Source of the DNA: a virus
Virus record (IMG/VR): IMGVR_UViG_3300042691_037870
Location: 32,001-96,000 of that record
Direction: 5' to 3' (one strand)
DNA: 64,000 nucleotides
Shown: one piece after another, positions 50,722 through 59,058 of the stretch
How the letters are laid out: each line of letters opens with the position of its first letter
Numbering within the stretch: the stretch's first letter is position 1
Program-made: the position numbers and the translations under genes
The notes under the pieces: generated by a model
Told to the model about the DNA's origin: nothing
The model's database searches: none
Seen by the model: only the letters and a program-made list of their open reading frames with translations

Positions 50722-51256
50722 GTCCTATAGTTTTTAAGTAGTAATAATTAAATAGTCTTAAGAAAGCGCCTAATGGTAATAGTTCTTCAGTTATCATAAT
50801 ATCATTAGACGGAATAAATTCCAATTGTGATAGTTTTTCTTTTTTGGATCCATCACCTTTTACTTCACCAGCAGTTAACCCTGTTACATCCACAGCAAAT
50901 GTAGGCACTTGTCGATCACTATCTTTATAGGGGTAAAAATTACCTAAATATAACCATCTTTCGGTTTCATTAGCGGGTATCTCAAAGCCTCCTTCTTCCT
51001 GAAGTTCACGATTAGCTGTATACAAAAGAGTATCATCTTCATAATCAATAGTACCTGTGATTAATGTATGACAGTAGTCGCCTTCACGAAGAGGGTTATA
51101 TTCTTTAAGTAAGCCTACGTTGTGAATCATTCCATGTTCATCAACGGTATACGGCATCACAGCAACCGAAACACGATTCATTTTAATTTTTTCGTGACCT
51201 TCAATTTCAATGATGTCAAAGTTTTTATACTTTTGTAATGTTTTATACTCTTTCAT
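50714..51256 (-). CDS. Nudix hydrolase
   Basis: Nudix box GTIDYEDDTLLYTANRELQEEGG. Confidence 0.85.
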   Translation of the reverse strand: MKEYKTLQKYKNFDIIEIEGHEKIKMNRVSVAVMPYTVDEHGMIHNVGLLKEYNPLREGDYCHTLITGTIDYEDDTLLYTANRELQEEGGFEIPANETERWLYLGNFYPYKDSDRQVPTFAVDVTGLTAGEVKGDGSKKEKLSQLEFIPSNDIMITEELLPLGAFLRLFNYYYLKTIGHV

Positions 51257-51788
51257 ATTTTTCTAAATTTTCTTTTTCTTCCAAAATATCAGCCATAATA
51301 TCAAGCGCAGCTTTTCTTGTTATTTCATCGATCGCTTCTGGAGTAAAAGTACTAATTAAGTAATTTAAAATTTGTTCATTCCCATCTTCAAAAGATCCTG
51401 CTAATACACGAATAAGATCATAAGGTGGTACATCGATCGTTAATTCAATTTTAACTGTCTTAGGGTTTTTCTTTGCTGTTGACAACAAAGAAACTAATGG
51501 GCTATCTACTTTCTTAACAGGATTAGATTTTTCCGTTGGTTTTGCTTCAGGTTTTGGTTTATTAACTACTTGTAAAGGTTGCGGAGCAATTTCATTTAAA
51601 AGAATTAAGTCTTCTTCATTTTCACTTGCAACTGACATAATAAAATCACCAAGAAGATTTTCGTTACATCGAGTCCCGTCAGTGAATACTAAGAAATTGA
51701 TGTCTCCTTCTTGTAAGATAGTTCCGTCAGATTTCACTACATCACCAGCGCGATCACCTTTAATCCATTGATATGTGGTTAAACTCAT
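51243..51788 (-). CDS. Hypothetical protein (start revised to MSLTTYQW)
   Basis: ATG at 51788 removes the long overlap with 51814..52140 and follows an AATATATA motif at 51803-51810. Confidence 0.65.
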   Translation of the reverse strand: MSLTTYQWIKGDRAGDVVKSDGTILQEGDINFLVFTDGTRCNENLLGDFIMSVASENEEDLILLNEIAPQPLQVVNKPKPEAKPTEKSNPVKKVDSPLVSLLSTAKKNPKTVKIELTIDVPPYDLIRVLAGSFEDGNEQILNYLISTFTPEAIDEITRKAALDIMADILEEKENLEKYERV

Positions 51789-51813
51789 TTTGTTTGTTTT
51801 AGTATATATTGAG

Positions 51814-52140
51814 TTAGATTTCGAGGAAGTTTTTGTATTCGTGGTGGTATTCAACCATCCATTCAACTGGGAATCCTTGGGCTGCCCATGATAAGTATTC
51901 CTGTCGAAAATTTTCAAGAACGTATTGAATATGTTCTTCATAGTTACCTTTTGACATTTCATTTAGTGTTACTAAGGGTATTCTAAAAGTATGTCGAGTT
52001 TCTTTAACTCTCCAAAAGAAATTTTGAACATCACCTACGTAACCGTACCCATATTCAATTACAAGTTTTTTCCAGCCATACGGATGCACATTAATTTCTC
52101 CTATGCTATATAATTCAGAAAAGTCTTGATGAAATGGCAT
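51814..52140 (-). CDS. Hypothetical protein (108 aa)
   Basis: ORF in operon with globular composition. Confidence 0.65.
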   Translation of the reverse strand: MPFHQDFSELYSIGEINVHPYGWKKLVIEYGYGYVGDVQNFFWRVKETRHTFRIPLVTLNEMSKGNYEEHIQYVLENFRQEYLSWAAQGFPVEWMVEYHHEYKNFLEI

Positions 52141-52146
52141 AACACA

Positions 52147-52344
52147 TTACTCAGTAAGTTCTTTCTTAGGAGTAGTTTCTAAAGCACCGAGTAACATATC
52201 AATTACTTGCCCTCTTGACATATTATGAAAAACGCAAAGATTATCAATATCATCTTTCATCATAGTTGCTTTTCCACCATATTCTTCACCCAGTTCAATT
52301 TGAATAGTAAGTCTATCCCAAGGGTTTACAATTTGTTCTTCCAT
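52147..52344 (-). CDS. Hypothetical protein (65 aa)
   Basis: Preceded by GAATATAAA motif at 52364-52372. Confidence 0.6.
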   Translation of the reverse strand: MEEQIVNPWDRLTIQIELGEEYGGKATMMKDDIDNLCVFHNMSRGQVIDMLLGALETTPKKELTE

Positions 52345-52398
52345 AAGTGTTTATTTTGTTTTATTTATATTCAATCTTTTTTACATAGTTTTGGGACA

Positions 52399-52427
52399 AA
52401 AAAATTGGGTTCTGGACCCAATTTTTT
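52399..52427. terminator. Intrinsic terminator (potentially bidirectional)
   Basis: AAAAAATTGGGT-TCTGG-ACCCAATTTTTT inverted repeat about 20 nt after the stop of 52448..53890. Confidence 0.75.
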
Positions 52428-52447
52428 AATATGCAGTTTTCTTATTT

Positions 52448-53890
52448 CTAAATCTTTTTCTTCAAACGTCTTTTTCTTTCAGCTTCTCTTTGCTTTTCTC
52501 GATGAGCAGCATAACGAACAGGATCCGCTTTTAATCTTTCAAGAGCAGCACGAGATTGTTCACGCTGTTTTCTTTTATATTCAGCATATCGCACAGGATC
52601 CGCTTTAATCTTTTCCATTAATGCTTTTGATTGTTCACGCTGTTTTTTGCGATATTCTTCATAACGAGCAGGATCCGCTTTAATCTTTTCCATTTGTGCT
52701 CTTGACTGTTCACGGCTTTTCTCTCTTTGTGTTATTATAGACTGTTCTAATTCAGCAGAATACTCAAGCATCTCAGGATTTTCTTGAATGTATTCTTCTC
52801 GTTCAGCAACGGTCATTCTTCCATACTTATTAATCTCAATTTGTAACCAATCAGATTTCTTAAGAGCAACACCTATTGAAGATGATTGACCAAACGACCA
52901 CCCAGAATAAGATATTTGCTTACCGTACTCAAAGATTTCTTCTATCGTAGCACCTGTTATCTTAAATAGTTTACATTTTGGATATTCATCTTTACCGTCA
53001 GAGAATAACAATAAATCATCAAATTTGGAAGCATCATAATAACTCATGATTTGAATTGCTAAGAAAACTTCCATTATTTCACGCTCATTCTTAAATCCTT
53101 TATGAACCTTTTGAATAATCTCATGTTTATGAGTAGTAAAAGTATCAGGATGCTGTGAAAGCGCATTTACAAAAACTGTTGCGTCAGGATACGATAATCC
53201 ATTTTTAACAAGAGGGTATACATAACGCTTTAAGTAAGTAGATGAAATGCCTGGCCACTCATAGTTTATTCCAAGCAAGCGGTTAATCGTTTCACGAGCA
53301 TCATTACCGTTAGCAACTTTACTAATTGCTACTAAGCGGCCGTCTTTGCCTTTTACTTCAATCGCACGATCAGAATACTCATCATAAAGATCACCTTTAC
53401 TACCTTTTCTTAAAGTAGTAAATGAAGCAAGCATTAACTCGGCTGGTCCCATATCACCAGGTTGCTCTTTAATGATTTCTTCAAAGAATATGGGTGACAA
53501 GTAATTATAATGATTAGAGAGTGTTTGGATTAAATCCATCTGTTCATCATAAAGATTACCAGCTACCAAATAGAAAGGATTTTCTACCATGTTTTCTACA
53601 AGATCCAACATTTCAGGTCCACCTTGATAGTGAGTTTTAAATAATCTGCCAATTTTCTTAATAGCGGATTCTCTTACATTTGAAGGTAATCTTTCGGCAA
53701 TGATTTTCAGAATTGTATCAATTCTATCTTCATGTAAGATGTTTTTGATAGCGTTAATTTTCTTTTCATACATTGGATCATTAGCATCAATAGTGCCGAT
53801 AACCTTAAAAGTGTTTAGAAAATTTAAAGTAATCTGGTGTAATACATTTTCACCCATTAGATAATAATTTACAATATAGATAGGATTCAT
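52448..53890 (-). CDS. Putative PD-(D/E)xK restriction-endonuclease-like nuclease with C-terminal 25-aa repeats
   Basis: MGPAELML...KGDLYDEYSDRAIEVKG (E..D..ExK pattern); three 25-aa repeats containing KADPxRY. Confidence 0.6.
   Translation of the reverse strand: MNPIYIVNYYLMGENVLHQITLNFLNTFKVIGTIDANDPMYEKKINAIKNILHEDRIDTILKIIAERLPSNVRESAIKKIGRLFKTHYQGGPEMLDLVENMVENPFYLVAGNLYDEQMDLIQTLSNHYNYLSPIFFEEIIKEQPGDMGPAELMLASFTTLRKGSKGDLYDEYSDRAIEVKGKDGRLVAISKVANGNDARETINRLLGINYEWPGISSTYLKRYVYPLVKNGLSYPDATVFVNALSQHPDTFTTHKHEIIQKVHKGFKNEREIMEVFLAIQIMSYYDASKFDDLLLFSDGKDEYPKCKLFKITGATIEEIFEYGKQISYSGWSFGQSSSIGVALKKSDWLQIEINKYGRMTVAEREEYIQENPEMLEYSAELEQSIITQREKSREQSRAQMEKIKADPARYEEYRKKQREQSKALMEKIKADPVRYAEYKRKQREQSRAALERLKADPVRYAAHREKQREAERKRRLKKKI
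52490..52720 (-). repeat. In-frame 75-bp tandem repeat (about 3 copies)
   Basis: GGATCCGCTT at 52521, 52596 and 52671 (period 75). Confidence 0.9.
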
Positions 53891-53931
53891 CTAAAGTCAT
53901 ATTTGATAATCCTATGTATACTTGATTAGTT

Positions 53932-53992
53932 AGTATAAAAATATACAATTTTATTTAAGATAGCAAAAAGATAACCAAAAAGATATTAACAA
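53932..53992 (-). promoter_or_regulatory. 61-bp promoter cassette, copy A
   Basis: TTGTTAATATC...TTTG-N20-TATTTTTATACT. Confidence 0.65.
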
Positions 53993-54312
53993 TTTGGTGC
54001 TACTCTTAAGTATTTGTTGAAGAGGTTTTTAGCGTGCTTCCAGTCAACAGGCTGTTTATCCATTACCCAATGAGGTATGTAAACTTTGCGTTCAGCTCCA
54101 TTAGAAAACTGAATAATCCAACCAACATATTTAGCATTTGAAACTTCGGAAACATCATCAATATTATGATTTGCCCATTGATAAACTCCGTCAATAAATC
54201 CACCACAGATTTCAGCATATACAGAATCACCAATTGTGGAGAAACGATTATAGATTGCAAGGTTAAACCCAATGTTTCCATCCATTTCTAAAAATTGTTG
54301 CATGGTTGCCAT
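53986..54312 (-). CDS. Hypothetical protein (108 aa)
   Basis: Flanked by cassette copies A and B; its stop codon lies within copy A. Confidence 0.7.
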   Translation of the reverse strand: MATMQQFLEMDGNIGFNLAIYNRFSTIGDSVYAEICGGFIDGVYQWANHNIDDVSEVSNAKYVGWIIQFSNGAERKVYIPHWVMDKQPVDWKHAKNLFNKYLRVAPNC

Positions 54313-54333
54313 AAGTAATTGTTTTTGAATTAT

Positions 54334-54394
54334 AGTATAAAATTAAACTAAAAGTCCCACAAATAAAAATTTATGGGACTAAAGTTATTAACAA
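54334..54394 (-). promoter_or_regulatory. 61-bp promoter cassette with stem-loop, copy B
   Basis: TTGTTAATAACTTT-AGTCCCATAAAT-TTTT-ATTTGTGGGACT-TTTAGTTTAATTTTATACT. Confidence 0.75.
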
Positions 54395-54400
54395 TTTTCA

Positions 54401-55243
54401 CTATTTAATGTGATACTCAGTAGCAATATCGCGTAAATCGTTTGTAGGTAAATTTTCAATAGCTTTAAGAATGATTTTTCTTTCGTCAGCTAGTTTTTGA
54501 ATATCGCTTCCGCTAATTCCTTTTATGATAAATGTATTAGCAGGCTTAAATCCTAAAATACTTTGAATATCATTTGCAGCTGATAATCTACCTTTTGCGT
54601 CTCCATGTAATTTGTCAACATTCTTAATGAATGTGTCAAGTAAATCAACACCGCTTACTGCAACAGTTTTTTCAATTACAAAATCATTTCCACTTTTATA
54701 ACATGCTGCAATTGAATATAGACCAGCAGGTTTAACAGCAGGTCCTTTACCTTCTTTTAACTCTGCAAAGTACTGCTCTTTTTGTTTATCACTGATTGGA
54801 GATAATCCTCCACTATAAATGATACTTAAAATTTGATTAACTTTAATTCTTGAACTTGTCAGAACCTTGTTAAATCCTATTTGCTTTGATGATTTGACAG
54901 ACACCTTTTCTCCATTTGACATAGTCACATCTGAAAAGATAGTATCAGCTTCACCGTAAGTATTTGAATTATCACCTTTAAGAATAATAGCAACAAGATC
55001 TTCGGTATACTTTGATACTTCGCGTGCATCTTTATCAAGAACATTAAGTAAGTTCTCAAAGAAATTAATTTCATTTAAGACAGCACCTTCATTCTTAGCA
55101 TTTGCTTTATCATTTAAGATATCACCATAGTTAATAACTTTAGTATTACCACCACTATTAACATATGCCTCTAAATATTGAAATGATTTTGTGGCAGTAC
55201 CTTCATTTACTGACATCCAGCTATTATAATCTTTTAAACTCAT
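54401..55243 (-). CDS. Putative PD-(D/E)xK-like protein with capsid-targeting-like leader
   Basis: N-terminus MSLKDYNSWMSVNE; TEDLV...FSDVTMSNGEKVSVKSS (D..SxK variant). Confidence 0.5.
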   Translation of the reverse strand: MSLKDYNSWMSVNEGTATKSFQYLEAYVNSGGNTKVINYGDILNDKANAKNEGAVLNEINFFENLLNVLDKDAREVSKYTEDLVAIILKGDNSNTYGEADTIFSDVTMSNGEKVSVKSSKQIGFNKVLTSSRIKVNQILSIIYSGGLSPISDKQKEQYFAELKEGKGPAVKPAGLYSIAACYKSGNDFVIEKTVAVSGVDLLDTFIKNVDKLHGDAKGRLSAANDIQSILGFKPANTFIIKGISGSDIQKLADERKIILKAIENLPTNDLRDIATEYHIK

Positions 55244-55255
55244 GTTTATTTGTTA

Positions 55256-55477
55256 TTATTTACTTAACGATTCAGCAGAAATATATTCTGTGATACCGCT
55301 TTTGCTAATTCCGCGAATTTCATGGTCAATAGTTAACCCTCTAAAATACTCACGAATTAATGTTTGCGCAGCTTCAATCGTTTCTGCTTCAATAAGGTAA
55401 TTTTCCATTTTACCTCTAATTTTACCTGTGTCAAGGTCTTCTGTCGTTACTCTAACTCTAACGTTCCAATGATTCAT
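55256..55477 (-). CDS. DUF4494-like protein
   Basis: WNVRVRV..EDLDTGKIRGKMENYLIEAETIEAAQ..I.E pattern of this Bacteroidota-associated family. Confidence 0.65.
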   Translation of the reverse strand: MNHWNVRVRVTTEDLDTGKIRGKMENYLIEAETIEAAQTLIREYFRGLTIDHEIRGISKSGITEYISAESLSK

Positions 55478-55488
55478 ATAATTTGATT

Positions 55489-55602
55489 TTAGTTAATACT
55501 CAATCTTGATAGAATCTCATTATTAATTGCTAACCTTTTAAGTTGCTTTAAAGCACTTTTTCTACTTTTAGGTTTCTTTTGAGATTTCTTAGCTCTTGCC
55601 AT
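55489..55602 (-). CDS. Small highly basic peptide (37 aa), not in ORF track
   Basis: Manual translation MARAKKSQKKPKSRKSALKQLKRLAINNEILSRLSIN*; fills the gap between co-oriented genes; A-rich leader (TAATAAAAATG). Confidence 0.7.
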   Translation of the reverse strand: MARAKKSQKKPKSRKSALKQLKRLAINNEILSRLSIN

Positions 55603-55619
55603 TTTTATTACACATATTT

Positions 55620-55961
55620 TTAACGAACTGCACCGCTCATAACTGGTACATCTTGTACAGTGCCTTGTCTCATATCGCCATCAGTGCGATTAAAACCAGC
55701 AATGTTTGAAAATTGCTCACGAATCTTATTCATAGATTCTTTAATGTAATTTTCACAAGCATTCATATAACCTTCAGCTGTATGTTCTTTATGCTCATCT
55801 TCATTCCAAGCAATAGCTTCATTCATTGCCATTTCCATACATTTGTCTACAGCTTCACACATTTCTTCAGAAAGTGCGGTTGGTTTTGTTGCAGTGATTT
55901 CATCGTGTCCGACTACATCAGTTTCATTTATAAATTGTTCGTACGTAGGAATGTGTTTCAT
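55620..55961 (-). CDS. Acidic protein with putative capsid-targeting leader (internal head/scaffold-like)
   Basis: MKHIPTYEQFINE leader; internal LSE, MNE, IKE sites; Glu/Met-rich. Confidence 0.7.
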   Translation of the reverse strand: MKHIPTYEQFINETDVVGHDEITATKPTALSEEMCEAVDKCMEMAMNEAIAWNEDEHKEHTAEGYMNACENYIKESMNKIREQFSNIAGFNRTDGDMRQGTVQDVPVMSGAVR

Positions 55962-56003
55962 TTATATTTTGTTATTTTTATATTCAATTCTTATGTATTT
56001 GTT

Positions 56004-57155
56004 TTATACAGTTTCTTCTTTCTTTTCTTCTTTGTCTTCTTTGCCTTCACCACCCACAATTTCATTAATCACCCCATGAATTACAAGTGCAAGACCGCCG
56101 TATTTAAGAACTTTAATTATGATACCAAAACCAGGTATAACAATTCCTAATGATTTTTCAGCAACAGACTGTAAATCGAGTAAGCCTTTTTTGAATTGGG
56201 TTTCTGCTAAATAACCTGCAGCAATACCTACAAGTCCCGCAATTACAGGAAATTCAAAAGGGCCAGGTGCTGATGCAACTTTTGTCATAAATACTGAAAA
56301 CGCATTTAATCCTTTTTCAGCCTTAGCGGCTACAGCATCTTCAATTTTGTGAAATGCTGAAAACGGTGGAGTATGAGCTAATTTAGAAAGAACAGATGAA
56401 ATAAAAGGAATATGAATACCGCCTTTAGCTTTTCCATGTTCTTCTTCAAAAAGTGCAAGTTCTTCTAATACAGATTCCAATGTATATCCTTCATAAAGAG
56501 TTTCAGCAGCTGCATAATAAAATGCGGATTCAAAAGCTTTAAAGTAATCCTCTGATTCCTCAGTAATTGCAGCCTTTTCTCCAGATTTTTCAATTGCGTC
56601 AATAAAACCACCACCTAACCATTTTACAGAAGAACTTGCCATTGCTTGTAAGTTTTTAAGTTCTTCAATAATTCTCTTTCTTTTATCAGAATCTTGAAGA
56701 AGAGGTTTTATTTTTTCACGAATCTTTTCTTTTGCTTTTTCAACAGCTGCTTTAGTTTGATCTTTTGCAATATCCCAGGCTTTTTTGATAACCTCTTTAA
56801 TTTTACCTAAAACCATTTTAAGAGGTGCTAAAAGATTTCCTCCAAATTTTAAAGCTGCTTGTGTTTTATCACCGAGTTTCTTTACGTAATCTTTTCCCTT
56901 TTCTTTAATCTTTTCTTTTGCATTAATTGCAAGCTGTTTAAACTTTTCAGCAAAAGAACTTTCATTAATGTCACTTGCTAAATCAAAAAGTTCATTAACA
57001 TATCCTTCATTAATAAAATATGATAAAGACTCCTTTTCTTCGATTGAAGCACCTGCAACATCAGCACAAGCAATTAGTAAGGCTTTCTTACTTTCTTGCT
57101 CATGATGAACCGAGTAACCTTCAAGAAGAAAGTCGTTATAAGTTAATAAAGACAT
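56004..57155 (-). CDS. Helical protein with capsid-targeting-like leader and C-terminal hydrophobic helices
   Basis: MSLLTYNDFLLE leader; internal INE/ITE/LFE sites; FPVIAGLVGIAAGYL and LGIVIPGFGIIIKVLKYGGLALVIHGVI segments; GATATATA motif upstream. Confidence 0.7.
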   Translation of the reverse strand: MSLLTYNDFLLEGYSVHHEQESKKALLIACADVAGASIEEKESLSYFINEGYVNELFDLASDINESSFAEKFKQLAINAKEKIKEKGKDYVKKLGDKTQAALKFGGNLLAPLKMVLGKIKEVIKKAWDIAKDQTKAAVEKAKEKIREKIKPLLQDSDKRKRIIEELKNLQAMASSSVKWLGGGFIDAIEKSGEKAAITEESEDYFKAFESAFYYAAAETLYEGYTLESVLEELALFEEEHGKAKGGIHIPFISSVLSKLAHTPPFSAFHKIEDAVAAKAEKGLNAFSVFMTKVASAPGPFEFPVIAGLVGIAAGYLAETQFKKGLLDLQSVAEKSLGIVIPGFGIIIKVLKYGGLALVIHGVINEIVGGEGKEDKEEKKEETV

Positions 57156-57197
57156 TCAAAATCCTTTTTCTTTATATATCTACTTTCTTTTAAACAT

Positions 57198-57226
57198 AAA
57201 AAGACCCCTCCTTTGACAGAGGGGTC
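57198..57226 (-). terminator. Intrinsic terminator
   Basis: Minus strand GACCCCTC-N8-GAGGGGTC followed by TTTTT. Confidence 0.8.
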
Positions 57227-57267
57227 CTGACCACACACAAATCTCAATGAAAAAATTCTTTGAGATA

Positions 57268-58404
57268 TTAGTTCATTATAGCAAGTTTCGGATAATCGAT
57301 TTTTGCAACACCGGCAACATCTTCAAGGTCAAGTTCTTTCTTAAACAAGAATGAAGAAGCCTTAATTTGTAACTCAATACGATCTTCAGAATCTACCTTG
57401 ATTTCGTCCGGGTGACTTGCGATATAAGTTAACAAGTTAAAGAAATCATATGCGTTAATCCCGGTATTGGCAGTAGACTTCCATTTTCTACTTTTTTCTG
57501 TTATGTTAACTCCATAACCTTTGTAGAATGGCTGATCATTAAAGTATTGATCAACGATCTTGTCATATTTACCATTTTCATTTTTCTTTTCAAAGAAATC
57601 ACGGTATTGATAAAACTCAAGAAGAGATACTTGGTTTCTGCTTAAATGCTGAGCTGCTTGTTGCACAATCTCTGACAAATTATCTGAACCAAATTCAATA
57701 GCTTTCTTGATGACAGATTGAATTCTTTTATTATTAAAAGTGGTTTTTGAGATATCAGCACCAAAACCAAATTCTGCAGCAGTAGCACCATTCGCGCAGG
57801 AAAGTCTTTGTAAGAAAGGCGCATGATTAAAACGCAAACCATTGAAGTAAAAACGTTCTCCGCCTTTCCACATATCAGTACCTGTACCGAATACGTCGAT
57901 TTCATTGGTTTCGTTAAGTAAAATGATTTCAGTCATTTCATTTTGATCGTTAAATGAAAGACTCTTTAGTGAATAATCAATCTCTGAAGCACTTAATGCA
58001 TCATACATCCAGTCAAGATATTGCTGGTAACTTGCATCATCAGATTGTTTTTTGTTTTCACGATGAAGGTGTGCATCGGTAACAGTAGGATTACCTTGAG
58101 GATCTTTGCTGATTGTGGCATAAAGTTTAACATTGCCTTCAGCATTTTTAATTTTTTCTGAGACAGATAACCAATCCTCAGCGGTCATTTTGTCAGCAAA
58201 TTTTGTAAAGTCTTTCTTTACACGCAAGATACTTAGGACTTTTGACAAAGCAATGCCGTCAATTGGCATGTCATTTAAAAATAATCCTTTTTCTGTGATG
58301 GATAAGTCTTTTAACTTAAATTCACGAGTTTCACGGTCTGTTAGTTTTTCAATAAATTGAGCAACTCCAGACTTAATTTGCTCAATTACCAATTGATTGT
58401 TCAT
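57268..58404 (-). CDS. DUF932/DUF945-like protein
   Basis: FLQRLSCANG motif and NAYDFFNLLTYIASH C-terminal helix pattern. Confidence 0.6.
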   Translation of the reverse strand: MNNQLVIEQIKSGVAQFIEKLTDRETREFKLKDLSITEKGLFLNDMPIDGIALSKVLSILRVKKDFTKFADKMTAEDWLSVSEKIKNAEGNVKLYATISKDPQGNPTVTDAHLHRENKKQSDDASYQQYLDWMYDALSASEIDYSLKSLSFNDQNEMTEIILLNETNEIDVFGTGTDMWKGGERFYFNGLRFNHAPFLQRLSCANGATAAEFGFGADISKTTFNNKRIQSVIKKAIEFGSDNLSEIVQQAAQHLSRNQVSLLEFYQYRDFFEKKNENGKYDKIVDQYFNDQPFYKGYGVNITEKSRKWKSTANTGINAYDFFNLLTYIASHPDEIKVDSEDRIELQIKASSFLFKKELDLEDVAGVAKIDYPKLAIMN

Positions 58405-58424
58405 AGAATAAGTATTTAGTAATG

Positions 58425-58433
58425 TTTATATTC
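58425..58433 (-). promoter_or_regulatory. Putative promoter motif GAATATAAA (representative copy)
   Basis: Exact copies at 52364, 55977, 58425 and 63905, each 13-20 nt before an ATG. Confidence 0.55.
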
Positions 58434-58451
58434 CTGTCTTTAAAATAGTTC

Positions 58452-58700
58452 TTAATTTATGTAATAAGTTAATTCATAAGAACCGCTATCCATTCTGTAA
58501 AGAGAAACGTGTAAATGACGTTTAACCATATTTCCTGTCTTTATCCATTTAAGTGAAAATGTATACTTAACCGTTTTGCCGTACGCAACATGTTCAGTCC
58601 ATAAATTATCAGGGTAAACTATTTCATAACCTTTACGGTTAACTTTTTCATTAACATGTATTAAAGCACCAGCTTGTGTAGAAAAATAAGTGTCAGACAT
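58452..58700 (-). CDS. Hypothetical protein (82 aa)
   Basis: C-terminal LHVSLYRMDSGSYELTYYIN; operon context. Confidence 0.7.
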   Translation of the reverse strand: MSDTYFSTQAGALIHVNEKVNRKGYEIVYPDNLWTEHVAYGKTVKYTFSLKWIKTGNMVKRHLHVSLYRMDSGSYELTYYIN

Positions 58701-58702
58701 AA

Positions 58703-58975
58703 TTAAGCAAATGTTTCAGTTGGATACTTTTTAATAATTCCGCAGATAGTAGAAATCTTTGCACCTAATTCTGCATTTTCATGAGTAACTTGTGCAAGTT
58801 CTGTTGAAAGGATTATCTTTTCAGAATAATCATAACCGTCAAATAAACCCCAAAGCATGTTTTCCAAATGACAAACATTTGTTTTTAAATCGCCAACTTC
58901 AATGATTGTGTCAAGAATCATTCCGCGTGTTTCGGAATCCATGTTCTCATGTCGGTTAAATCTACGAATTTCCAT
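58703..58975 (-). CDS. Hypothetical protein (90 aa)
   Basis: First gene after cassette copy C. Confidence 0.7.
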   Translation of the reverse strand: MEIRRFNRHENMDSETRGMILDTIIEVGDLKTNVCHLENMLWGLFDGYDYSEKIILSTELAQVTHENAELGAKISTICGIIKKYPTETFA

Positions 58976-58997
58976 ATTGATATTGTTTTAATTTGAT

Positions 58998-59058
58998 AGT
59001 ATAAAATTAAACTAAAAAAATAACAAATGCAAATATTTAAGAAAAAAGTTATTAACAA
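58998..59058 (-). promoter_or_regulatory. 61-bp promoter cassette, copy C
   Basis: TTGTTAATAACTTT...TTTG-N20-TAATTTTATACT. Confidence 0.75.

Noticed and set aside
50714-51256. Nudix N-terminus MKEYKTLQKYKNFDIIE as another capsid-targeting leader
   Set aside because: Only loosely similar, and it runs directly into the first strands of the Nudix fold; not counted.
52490-52720. 75-bp periodic repeat as a CRISPR array
   Set aside because: The intervening sequence is also homologous, the period is a multiple of 3 and it encodes in-frame protein repeats; no cas genes seen.
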